DNA from: Amphiscolops sp. MND2022 | Lineage: Eukaryota | Assembly: GCA_964187785.1 (NCBI GenBank) | Contig: OZ076415.1 | Span: forward strand, 40,424,001-40,488,000 | Direction: 5' to 3' | Length of the DNA stretch: 64,000 nucleotides | In this document: positions 12,573 through 23,779 of the stretch, in pieces | How the letters are laid out: each line of letters opens with the position of its first letter | Numbering within the stretch: the stretch's first letter is position 1 | Program-made: the position numbers and the translations under genes | Notes under the pieces: generated by a model | What the model was told of the DNA's origin: nothing | Databases searched by the model: none | Seen by the model: the letters and a program-made list of their open reading frames with translations, nothing else

Positions 12573-15420
12573 TTATGAGCGACAAAACGAACAGTAGCAT
12601 TTTATAAACAGTGAACAGGAGTTCGAGATATCAAAGTTTGAGATCTTTGATAGAAGAAAGTTACGTAGCACCAGTTTGAAATGTTGCAGCGACATACTGA
12701 AATCAAGCACTTTTAGACTAATGAGAGCATTTGCTGCTCTAGTGGATCTGACAAAGAAGTTGCTTTCAGAGCCAACTTTTTTGGTTTTTGGAACATCAAA
12801 AAGCCCCAGAGTGGATGATCTTGTGTTCAGGGTACTCGTGGCAAGATTGTGATCGACATCAAGACAGCGATTTTGCAGTTTCCATAGCAGTATGAGGTCG
12901 TTTTCCGCAAGCTGAAAACACAAGGGTAGATAGGAATGACTCAAAAGGGCTGACTTATAACTTTTATCAGAACAAATCCATTTAAAAGCTCGCATTTGAA
13001 ACTTTTCTAATTTTTTGAGGTAAGTAACTGAAGGCGACCATACAGGAGATCCATATAGAAGAACAGATACTACCAAAGAATGGTAAAGTAATTTCTTTCT
13101 GGGACTAGCGGTAGAAAAAGGGATATTTCGACGCATAAAGTTAAAAACTCTGGTGCATTTGGCGAGTTTCGTTTCAATATGGTTCGTCCAGTCGAGGTTG
13201 GATGTGACAGTAAACCCAAGGTCTTCAATGCTCTTTTCAAATGGCAATTCATTTGAACCAAGATTCAGCATTAAATCAGGCATTACATCCGAGAATGGAA
13301 TACATTTACATTTCGAGGGATGAAAACTCAGACCATTTAAAACAGACCAATGTAGAAGAGCATCAAGATCGCTTTGAATGAGTTGGAGGATACAGTCAAA
13401 ATGTACTTTTAAATCATCAGCAAAAGCAAATGGGCATCCATGTTCAATAGATTCCATCATGTCGTTGATAAACAGAATGAATAACAATGGTCCCAAAACA
13501 CTTCCCTGAGGAACACCTGAAGGTACAGCAACTGGAGACGAGAGACTTTCTCTTACTTTGACAATTTGAAACCTGTTCGAAAGATAAGATTCCATTAGTT
13601 TGATGAAACCAGGACATAAACCGAAAAGCTTGAGCTTGGATAATAGCAAATGATGAGGGACTGAATCGAATGCCTTTTGCACATCAAAATAGATAGACAA
13701 AGTGGGAGTATTGGAGTCCATGGCACGATAGACAAGATCTAAATATGATATCATTTGAGTTACAGTGCTCCGGGCTTTCATGAAACCGTGTTGTTTCCTG
13801 TGAATTAGCTTCAAAACTTTGGGGTACAAAAAGTTGAAAATAATCCGCTCCAGAATGAGTGAGAGTTTGCAAAGAATACTGATTGGGCGATAATTATCAA
13901 TGGAAGATTTCGGGCCTTTTTTATGTAGTGGTGTTATGTGCGATACTTTCCAAACATCAGGCCAAGTTCGATTTTTAAGTATATGTGTGAATAGTTCCAA
14001 AACAAGTGGAGCCAGTATATTTGATGCCTTATGAAGAACAAACGAAGGCACTTGATCAGGACCCATAGAATTTGAATCATCGCATTTCAGCAGAAGTGTT
14101 TCCACTTCAATAAGTGAGACTTGGAGATCATCAATAAAAATAGAGGGTACAGTTTCAGTTTCTGATGCTGCGACAAAGTCAACTTTTGAACTAAACACTG
14201 AACTAAGGTATTTGTTGAAGGCATTTGCAATATCACTGTCAGTGCAGTATTTTTGGTCGTTGTAATACATAACAGAGGGAATATGATTGCAAAAACCCAA
14301 TTTTCGGAGCATACGAAAGCACTCAGTTGAAGAAGATAAGTTGAAACTATCCAGAAAGACAAGTTTATCTAATTCGATCGATTGGGATAGTGATAGATCT
14401 ATTTCACGTTGTTTGAGAGCTAATTGAAACGACCAGAATCTGGACATTTTGCGAATGTTTGTATCTTTTTGATTCAGAAGATGAATCGTATGGGAGGAGT
14501 AGTAGATGGGAAAATTCCGACGACGTTTTCTTTTTTGTCTAATAGAAATGAATAAAGAAGAGGACAAACGTGAATACCATTCAGATACAAAGTCAAAGAC
14601 AGTGGAGGGCTGCATGAAACAAATCAGATCATAAAGAGGAGATAGAGATTGATTGAAAATTGACTTATCGAAAGACGACTGTGAGTAGGAAGGTACAATA
14701 GGTATTTCATTATTCGTGCACTCGAGTGAAAAATAAATAGGATAATGATCGGAAAAAAGATTTAGGTCCACCCAACAGTCAAGGTTGCTAGAGTCAGTTA
14801 GAATAAGGTCGAGGATATTACCCGCTTTATGAGTAGGTGAATCAATAAACTGCGACAGGCAGAGCTCATTTACAGCTTCGAGGAAGGATAGCTCTTTTTC
14901 ATTACTACTTGTCATAGTGTCCCAGTCAATATCGGGGAAATTGAAGTCACCAAGAACAAACGTTGAAAAGTCCCATTTGGGGTTTCCAACTTTTTCCACA
15001 AGTGTTTTCTGATATGCATGTATACATTCAATAATTTGCGCAACATCGACTTTGTAATCAGAGGTAGATGGAGGATTGTATATAAGGATGAAAAGTTTCA
15101 ACTCAGTCTCCGAAAGACAACAGCCAACAGAAAAAGGATATTGTTTGAGTGAGATATCCACAAGGGTTGAGCCGCAATGGTTTGATACTGCTATTAATAT
15201 GCCTCCGTGTTGACCCTGAGGCCTATCGGAACGTGAGATAATGGTGTAAGAAGAACCAAGAAAAATTTCCGAGTCAGAAACATTCTCATCCAGCCATGTT
15301 TCAGTAAGAAATACAAGAAAGAATGAATTTAAAGATAAGAGTTTTGCAAGTTAATGACGTTTGGATAGACTAAGAGTTGATCTGCAGTTCAGCAAGAGGC
15401 ATGTTTTTTTTGCCAGTCAT
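12573..15420 (-). pseudogene. LINE ORF2 (APE endonuclease + reverse transcriptase) with a homopolymer frameshift and one premature TAA near its 5' end
   Basis: The 862-aa ORF extends upstream in frame through LTETWL to TAA at 15351-15353 and on to KTCLLLNCRS; the ATG at 15420 is out of frame by one base across an 8-A run (15404-15411). Confidence 0.85.
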
Positions 15421-16289
15421 TTTCTATCCACGGTAACAGGAGCTCCCTTGTAGTAGAGCTTCAAGTTTTTAATCTTGAAGTCTTCCCTGGACTTCCCTTC
15501 CTTTATCATTGAATAACGTTTGGACAAAACCTCTTTCTCTATTGCACGTTCTTGAGACGACAAAAACTTTTTGATGTAAACAGCATTTTGGTAACTCTGT
15601 AGATGATAACTACGGGCGAAGCATTGTTTTAGGAACAGTGGGTTTGAGGTTGTTATGAGTAAAGGACGACATGCTCGTTTCTCTTTATTTGCTGGGTTAT
15701 GACTTCTGCCTAACCTACGAATTTCGGATACGTTGCCATCACTAGAGAGTCCCATATGTTTAAGAATTTTGTTCACTTCATCCACATCTTTTTCAATTTG
15801 TTTCAAGTAACTATCTTCGGTTTCAGTAGAGCCTGTGATAACAAATTGCATTTCCTTTTTTTCTTTAACAAAATTGCCACCAACAACATCACTATACGAA
15901 GGAATGGAATCAGCGACAGCTTTTGAAACATTTTCTTTGAGAAGTAGAGGAACGGTGTCTTTTATGGCTTTTGGAATAAGCTCAGATATTGACGTGTTTA
16001 CTTTTGTGCTAAAAGAATCAAAAAGTGAATTCAACTTAGCTTCGGTTTTTGCTGATGCTCCAATTAAGCAATCCTCCTTGTCCAGGCAGGCGTCGCAGCA
16101 CCACAAGCAGTTTCGCTGAGTCCCCAGCCACTTCACACTGTCGATTGAGAGCCCTACACAATCACCGTGGAACCAGGAATTGCAATACTCGCATCCGATG
16201 CCCGATGAGTCGTCGTCTTCAACTGTTTTTTTACAGGTCACACATTTGGTTGATGATTTGGAGCACAATCTCGGTCTTCGATTTGCCAT
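15417..16289 (-). CDS. LINE ORF1 protein, 290 aa, N-terminal PHD finger
   Basis: CVTC...CEYCNSWFHGDC...WCCDAC (C4HC3) followed by a RRLG...RPLLIT-type domain; intact ORF. Confidence 0.88.
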   Translation of the reverse strand: MANRRPRLCSKSSTKCVTCKKTVEDDDSSGIGCEYCNSWFHGDCVGLSIDSVKWLGTQRNCLWCCDACLDKEDCLIGASAKTEAKLNSLFDSFSTKVNTSISELIPKAIKDTVPLLLKENVSKAVADSIPSYSDVVGGNFVKEKKEMQFVITGSTETEDSYLKQIEKDVDEVNKILKHMGLSSDGNVSEIRRLGRSHNPANKEKRACRPLLITTSNPLFLKQCFARSYHLQSYQNAVYIKKFLSSQERAIEKEVLSKRYSMIKEGKSREDFKIKNLKLYYKGAPVTVDRK

Positions 16290-16340
16290 AACGATATATG
16301 AAACTATTTAATAAGTTTATCACAACAATTAGGCTTTCAT

Positions 16341-16796
16341 GAAACAACACGGTTTCATGAAAGCCCGGAGCACTGTAACTCAAATGATATCATATTTAGA
16401 TCTTGTCTATCGTGCCATGGACTCCAATACTCCCACTTTGTCTATCTATTTTGATGTGCAAAAGGCATTCGATTCAGTCCCTCATCATTTGCTATTATCC
16501 AAGCTCAAGCTTTTCGGTTTATGTCCTGGTTTCATCAAACTAATGGAATCTTATCTTTCGAACAGGTTTCAAATTGTCAAAGTAAGAGAAAGTCTCTCGT
16601 CTCCAGTTGCTGTACCTTCAGGTGTTCCTCAGGGAAGTGTTTTGGGACCATTGTTATTCATTCTGTTTATCAACGACATGATGGAATCTATTGAACATGG
16701 ATGCCCATTTGCTTTTGCTGATGATTTAAAAGTACATTTTGACTGTATCCTCCAACTCATTCAAAGCGATCTTGATGCTCTTCTACATTGGTCTGT
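16341..16796 (+). repeat. 456-bp inverted duplication of the LINE RT region (copy of 13342-13797)
   Basis: Translation KQHGF...LHWSV is identical to ORF2; both copies are 456 bp. Confidence 0.95.
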
Positions 16797-16879
16797 AAAA
16801 TGCAATTTCGCCTTCAACGTCGGAAAGACCCGCTCCTGCTCGATCGCTTTGCGATTTGGGTGACACGAAGGTTACGTGG

Positions 16880-18130
16880 AATCAGGTCTAAGGAAATAGA
16901 TCTAAGAGAGGGGGCAAAACTGAGATCTAAATAAATTGATCTAAATAATCAGGTCTAAAAATTCTTCTAATTTGATCTAATTTGAGAAAAAAAAGTCAAT
17001 TAGGATCTAAAACTAAAAAGTGATATAAAGTATAAAACGTGCCTCGGATATGTCCCCATTTCCTCTATTGCCCCGCGGCCTTTTGGGCTTATATTCCCAT
17101 CTTGCTAAGCGAGAACGAACAGGAGCAAAGACCTAGCGGTAACGGAGATCGCGAAGCGATCGTAGTGGGAGCTGGTCTTTGCGACAATAAGGGCGAGCGT
17201 GCATACATCGCATATGCCCCACATTATATTTTCGCTTTCAGAACACATATTAGATCATAAAGGGGTTAGACCTAAGTATTTTAGATAAACTTAGATCTGA
17301 AAGTTAGACCTAACAGTTAGATCTAATTCCATTAGACCCAAGCAATTAAGTCAAAGGCGTACACTCCGACACGAATCGAGTCGAAAACTGGGGTCGAAAT
17401 AACGGAATCGAAATAAATTCTCGCATCGAAATGTCAAAATTAGCGATTCAGGTCGAAACAACGTGCCTCGGGTATGTCTCCATGTCTTCTAGTGCCCCGC
17501 AGCCCCTTGGGCCGCTTATGTTCCCATCTTGCTCAGCGAGGTTTGAACAGGAGCAAAGACATAGCGGGAACGGAGATCGCGAAGCGATCGTAGTGTGAGC
17601 TGGTCTTTGCGACGGTGAGGGGACCGTGCATTCACCGTATATGACCCCATTCTGTTTTCGCAAAACTGAGATCTAAATAAATTGATCTAAATAATCAGGT
17701 CTAAAAACCTTTTCTAATTTGAGAAAAAAATAAGTCAATTAGGATCTCAAACTAAAAAGTGATATAAAGTATAAAACGTGCCTCAGATATGTCCCCATTT
17801 CCTCTAGTGACCCGCGGCCCCTTGGGGCCGCTTATTTTCCCATCTTGCTAAGCGAGGTCGAACAGGAGCAAAGACATAGCGGGAACGGAGATCGCGAAGC
17901 AATCGTAGTGTGAGCTGGTCTTTGGGACGTAGAGGAGACCGTGCATTCACCGTATATGACCCCATTCTGTATTCGATCATTTTCGCAAAATTTTACATAT
18001 TCGACCTTATTATGTCGACCGAAAAACTATGCCCTTTAAATTTCGACCCAATTCCTTGTCGACCAATTTCGATCTGAATATTTTCGACTTAAATTTTCGA
18101 CGTCCATATATGTCGTCCTCGATTTTTGCT
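16880..18130 (+). repeat. Array of three ~270-bp double-hairpin cassettes separated by GATCTA- or TCGA-rich blocks (putative head-to-tail non-autonomous Helitron units)
   Basis: Cassettes at about 17030-17255, 17458-17665 and 17768-17990, each with GCGGCCCC-TT-GGGGCCGC-like and GATCGC-GAA-GCGATC hairpins followed 10 nt later by CTGG|TC. Confidence 0.75.
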
Positions 18131-18236
18131 CCGGTCATGTCTTCAATCCTACTAGACCTCACTAACGAAATGGTCCGCTTGCAGCCCGAGCAACCCCGTG
18201 GAGCAACTATGTATAATGTAAATTCAGTGTCTCTCC

Positions 18237-20451
18237 CAGGGTTTTCAAACGTTTGAAGCAACCTGGTTTGAAGTTTGAATGTTTGAACCCAAATAGTTTG
18301 AGTTTGATTTGATTTTAGAGTTTGAGTTCGAGTTTGGTAGTTTGAAAATTGTTAAATAGTTTGAAATTTAGGCATACACGTAACAAACTGTTATGAATAA
18401 TGAACGAACACCTCTTGTAACTTGCATAAAACACAATGTTTTAACAAAAAATGTTTTACAAATGTTTTAACAAAACGTTTTACAAAAAATATGGAATTTG
18501 AACAAATGTTTTAACAAAAAATATGGAATGGCACATGGCACATGGTTTCAATTGTCATTTACAATTGGAGTTAGCACCTTTGGCGCGGCTGTGTTCATAC
18601 TAACAACCAAATTTAGCTCCTCAGTCATCTTCAGAAAGACGTTACGAGTAAAATTCTCTGGATCCACGCGACTTTGAATTGAAGTTTTCAGAAACTTTGC
18701 ATAACTGAATAAACGTTCCAAATCAGAATTTGAAAGGGATTATCAGCCAAAATTGACGTAACCAATTGATCAACTGGACAATTCCCTTGCTTCGCTAAAT
18801 AAGCGTCAAATGAATTATTTAAATCGGCAGTATACGGATGATCGTCAGCCCTTGAATTTGGCGAATTATCGACATCAGATACCATACCAATAAATTTGTC
18901 ATACAATGGACCAGATTTCTTAAATGCTTGTATGACAACGTTATTGGTACCACACCACTTGTTAAGAAGCTGCATAACGGGATTCCTAGCGTCGGTCAGA
19001 GACCTTTCTTGTTGCAAATATGATCGAATGTAATCAACGCACTGAACATAAAAATCAAACGGGTGAGCCGCTTTCTCAATTCCACATTGCAGTTTCATGG
19101 TTAGCTCGTACAATGGATGAAGTAAATCTCTTAGCTTCTTGATTTCGTCCAAATTATAACTATTCTGAGTAAACGCGGTAATGGACTTCTGCAAAACTAA
19201 AAATCGATTAAGCATGAGATAAGTAGAATTCCATCTTGTTGCATTTGCGAGCAATGGCTTCAACGGTGATTTCAATTTTGGTTGTTTTATCTTTTGAATT
19301 GCTAGAACATCCTGAAGATTTGACGGTTTTTTGAGATCTTTAACAGCAATTTTCACCTCTCCTTAGACCCCTAACGCAAAAATGTCGTCCAATTCATCTC
19401 CAGTTTCATCATCTTCGGGAACAGAAAAATCTGCGTCAATTCCAATTAGCTTCTTAGCGAGAACATTCAGAACGTGTGCAAGGCAGGGTAAATGCGGCAA
19501 CTTGATTAATTTGCAGAACTTTACAACGTCTGACCCGCAGTCTGACATAACGCAAACGAATTGGTCAAAATTTCCAATGCCAAATTTCTGCAGAATTTCG
19601 ATTAGGCGATCTTTCATATAAGTAGCAGGGCATTTTGAATCATGATTCTCAAGACCTAAAAATATCTTCTTTTGCTTTTGAAAAACATATACTCCGATGA
19701 ATTTTTCGTCGTGGTCGTTAGTCCACTTGTCCAAACACAAAACGAGCGGATCATTTGCAGCCAGCAAATTGGATACAGACTCAATTCTTTCAAGGTTTGA
19801 GCTTGTAAGACTTTCCTGTAATTCAGAGTATGTTGGAATTTCAAGCTTCGCCAACTTAAAAAATCCCGAAAACTCTTTAAAAGTGCAAATCTTGTTAACA
19901 GAAATATTGGAATTGTAAACTAGACGCTGTGCTAGATTATATTTTCTGCTCTTTCCAGAAAGAAACTTTAACAACGATCGATTCTCTTCCATAACGGGAC
20001 TTGATCCAACAGAGGTATCAACATAACGCAATAAGGGTGACGTGACTCCGTTTTTGCACCGTATATCCAAATTACAAGCTATGCATATTCTGAAATTAGT
20101 TTTCTTCTTATCTATATAACCGCACAAAAATTTTCCACTGAGCCGCGGATTTTTGGTTGCAAATGGACGGCAGTCTTCCTTCGGAGACGACTTGCCCATA
20201 CCATACGATCTAAAAATAAAATTTTTGAATCACCTTGCTAAAATTTTAATAAAAATGAAAAAATTATAGCCATCTGCGTTAGTTTAAGAAATAGTCAAAC
20301 AACTCAAACTGTTTGAACTTTTTTCGTGAGCTTGAGTTTGGGTTTGAGTTTGACAATATAATGAAGTTTGGTTTGAATTTGAGTTTGAAATCTAAAAGTT
20401 TGAAAGTTTGAGTTGGAGTTTGAAAGTTTGAGTTTGAGTTTGAGAACCCTG
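18237..20451 (-). mobile_element. hAT-superfamily DNA transposon with 14-bp TIRs and 8-bp TSD
   Basis: TIR CAGGGTTTTCAAAC (18237-18250) vs CAGGGTTCTCAAAC (reverse of 20438-20451); TSD GTCTCTCC at 18229-18236 and 20452-20459; GTTTGA subterminal repeats at both ends. Confidence 0.95.
18548..20199 (-). pseudogene. hAT transposase pseudogene
   Basis: BED-like CxxC, LCLDKWT, SDCG, CLAH, TRWNSTY and C-terminal SNSDLERLFS; in-frame TAA at 19363-19365 and a frameshift near 18740. Confidence 0.9.
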
Positions 20452-20772
20452 GTCTCTCCGCTTTCTGAATGCTTCTTGGATGTCATCAATCAGACCTTTC
20501 GCCTCCAATTCTTTTCTCGATTGTCTTTATGCGTTCAATAGCGCGTGTAAATGGTCTAGTGCGTGTAAATGGTCTGTAGCTGTTAGCGGCATTGGGCAAT
20601 AATTTCGATTCACTAAGTTCGAATTTGAACTAGTGCAATAAGTTGGAATGGAATAGTTTCGAGACACATAGTTCGAATTTTCATATCGAGCATTTCCGGT
20701 GTAAACTGGACATCCTTCACACAAGATCCTGAGAGCTCCATCGCCTAGGATCTAAAGGAATCTAAGAACTGA

Positions 20773-21340
20773 AATGTGGGGCATATTCGGTGTATGCACG
20801 CTCGCCCTGACCGTCGCAACGGGTCAGGGACATTTCGTCACCAGCCATTTGGGCGACAATATGGCGTCGGTCACATGGGCGACAAAAGTGTCGACCAAAT
20901 GGGTTGATCAAATTGATCAATTAACTGATATATTTGAAGAGGTTAGCATATTTGTTGTATGGCTCGGTCGCTTCGCTCCCTTCGCCAAGTAGCAACATTG
21001 AGGCAGGGCCATATGGAAATCGCTCCGCTTCGCTTCGCTCCTGCATTTAGGGAACTAGGGGTAAGTGAACATATTTGGCCATTTAGTCTACGGGACACTT
21101 GGGCGACATTATTGTCGCCGAAATGGGCTGAACTTTTTGTCGCCCAAATGGCTGGTGACGAAACGTCCCTGCCCCGTCGCAACGACCAGCTCCCACTACG
21201 ATCGCTTCGCGATCTCCGTTCCCGCTAGGTCTTTGCTCCTGTTCGACCTCGCTTAACAAGATGGGAACATAAGCGGCCCCAAGAGGCCGCAGGGCACTAG
21301 ATGAAATGGGGAAATATCAGAGGCACGTTTTATACTTCGT
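20773..21340 (-). repeat. Inverted fourth copy of the double-hairpin cassette, split by the 355-bp MITE
   Basis: Reverse complement of the cassette at 21176-21340 and 20773-20820; hairpin at 21200-21214. Confidence 0.85.
20821..21175. mobile_element. 355-bp MITE with 39-bp TIRs and 8-bp TSD
   Basis: TIR GGG(T/G)CAGGGAC(A/G)TTTCGTCACCAGCCATTTGGGCGACAA, 37/39 match; TSD GTCGCAAC at 20813-20820 and 21176-21183. Confidence 0.9.
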
Positions 21341-21469
21341 TCAAAATTCGAACACAAAGATTCGAACTTGTTCCGGTTTTTGAAAAATTTGAACTTAGTC
21401 CTTTCGAAATTAAAATTCGAACTTATGCGTTCGAACTTATTACTGTGCCCCGATATTATAGTCCTCTTT

Positions 21470-21900
21470 GTAAGCATTTCGAAGGCGACTGACCTCACCG
21501 AAATTCCAAATGTAGGTGCCTGCTTGTAAAACTTGTTTAAAAAGCTTGAGGTAGGCAATTTTGGAGAGAGTTCGGGTGCGACGAATAATGAGTGGATGTA
21601 TGCCTACTGGATCGGAGGACTTTTTGCTCGTTTGAGATTCCTTCAGAGCGCTGTCAAGCTCTTCTTCATTTATCGCTGTGCTCAGTGGCTGCCCATAATC
21701 CTGATAGAGGTTTGTCGCGAGGTAATTCTGTAAAGGTGACTGTCGGAGAAATACGTGGGGCGAATGTGTCCAACATTATCAGCGTTATTATCTCGACGTT
21801 TGCCATTTGAACCTAGACATCCCATTGGTTTTGTTTTCTGGTCCGAGTAAACAAACTTTTGGATTTCCAGAAACCTTGGCTTCTGCTGTCGTTTAGGGTT
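21470..21900 (-). mobile_element. Non-LTR retrotransposon fragment, pre-RT region
   Basis: INEEELDSALK...KSSDPVGIHPLII...LKLFKQVLQAGTYIW resembles IT.EEL..AL...KSPGPDGI...LFN...G..W. Confidence 0.55.
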
Positions 21901-21994
21901 TCCGCGCCATTTTTAAACGCACAGCTTTAGTTTTATCAAAATAGATAAAAATTAATGTTTGAGGGCTTCATAGTTGAAGGTGTTTTTGGGTTAG

Positions 21995-22280
21995 GATCTG
22001 ATTTCCTTGCTTTTCCTTGCTTCGGAAAAAAAAGTCTCACAATGCCAAAAAAACTGAAAGGGGGGATCCTTTGGTCTCGCCCAGTTTGGTATGTTACGCG
22101 GGAAAACAGGAAAAACCTTTTTGGTTCAGTTCGGTAGTCCAAATAGTGCAATTTGGTGCAATAATATTTTGTAGAACTTTTTTAGAACTATTTTGGTCAG
22201 TTCAGGTGGTCTTTAAAAAACACTGACGAAAAGCCATGACTATAGTCGACTCTTTTCTAAGAAAAAGCCCCGACTAAAAA
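21995..22280 (-). mobile_element. Truncated copy of the small Helentron-like family
   Basis: Colinear with 24965-25216; ends CCGACTAAAAA. Confidence 0.7.
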
Positions 22281-22599
22281 TAGGCCATCTGACTAACATA
22301 AAAGAAATAACAAAAACATTACATAAAAACTGTTGATACGGTGACTATTCATGGCTCCGAATTCAACAACTACTGCCATAGCTCCGAAATTTCTAACGTA
22401 TTATTGTCACACAGTTTTAACACAACCTACGTTGGAGAAAACTATCGGATCGGAGATTTGAGTTCTACTGTAACAGAATTTTCAGCTTCCTCAAACGAAA
22501 TATTCCCTTCTCTGTGTCTAGTAGTAAAAAATTCCTATTTTACAAATGACTTATCCTGCTTCTTTGGCTTCACGGTGCCCTTGCCTGGTCTCCGTCGTT

Positions 22600-22950
22600 A
22601 ACTATTATACAATAACTCGAACAGTTCCAGTGTAAAATTCTTTGCTGGGTAATTAAATGCTCTTCATAAGGTTCAGGCCTTCATTTTATCAAGATGCTTC
22701 CAGTGTGTTACTGCCTGGTCAGAGATGACATCGTTTTTCTATGGAAGCTCTGTAACGGAGCTATTAATGTGCGTTGTAATTTCACTTCTCTCTTTCTGCC
22801 ATCACGATCCTCTTCAAACGGGTTGTGTCAGATTCGTTTATCAGTTTTACAGATGACAACTTTTCCATCCGAGCAACACGTGCTGCTAATTAGCTCATAC
22901 GGCTGAAAATCATTTCGTTTGAAATATCCTTGTTAATGTTGAAACATTCC
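22600..22950 (+). mobile_element. Decayed 3' fragment related to the LINE at 12466-16330
   Basis: MLPVCYCLVRDDIVFLWKLCNG aligns with YLPLCFQLAENDLILLWKLQN of ORF2. Confidence 0.55.
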
Positions 22951-23779
22951 CCCTCCTAAAACAACATTGCCGGAACAAAGATTTCTCACAATTTAACAAT
23001 TCGTGCTCACAAATTTGCCATATGTTTTTGTTCATTTTGTCGTTTATAAGTCGTACATTTGCTTTCACTTTAATCCATTGCTGATGGAATTAAGCCTACC
23101 TCTCTTTCTCACACCTAGAATTCGCACAAGTTGACCGAAAATTGACAATTTGTTTGTTTTTCATCTTCCCTTGCACTGTCAACGCCCTTGGTGGCGCAGT
23201 GATTTTTCAAGTTAACAATTTGCAGGGGTACCTTCATTTAAGTTAGCACTTTTGGGCTGCGATTTATTATTTACCTAAACGATTGAAAATTAATTTTCGG
23301 AGTTATGACACTAGATATTTCTTGGACCTTTGAATATTTGGAGCTATGAAAATTCAGAGTTTTGGGAAGTCACCTGTTCATACACACAATTTAATTTATC
23401 AAGTAAACATGGAAAACAATAACAACGTTAGACATTCAATTGAAAATTTGAACTTTCCAATTCGATAATGCCTTGCTCGGAGCGCCATGTTAAAGGAAAA
23501 CAATTGGGCTAACGAAATTTTTAATTGAAAATATTATCTTTACGATCTGAAGGCAATTTGCTGCAATGAATAACTGCTTTAGCGCGGCGACAAAGAATGT
23601 TGAGAGGTATGTGATACACATTTACAACTCGATTTTCAATAGCGCCTTTTTGTTATTTGATTGACAGATGCTCTCTTCCGTACCTCCCCCACTACGTGTT
23701 GGAGTTTATAGAAATTTAATGTATAGTAAACTCAAATTGTACAATTGTAGTTAAACTTGTACTAGTTTAATGTAAGTAA

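Larger units (their letters stand above)
12466..16330 (-). mobile_element. Near full-length CR1/L2-type (Jockey group) non-LTR retrotransposon with PHD-finger ORF1, EN-RT ORF2 and (CTA)n tail
   Basis: ORF1 with PHD finger; ORF2 with NCRS, LTETWL, GDFN, ILDLIL, SDH, FDVQKAFD, GVPQGSVLGP, FADD; 3' microsatellite tail. Confidence 0.92.

Noticed and set aside
16339-16863. Independent reverse transcriptase gene
   Set aside because: It is the 456-bp inverted duplication of LINE ORF2 running into unrelated sequence.
18010-20525. About 100-codon frame with a CxxC motif restored by removing the hAT element
   Set aside because: No start codon or splice support, and half of it is TCGA motif-soup; probably chance.
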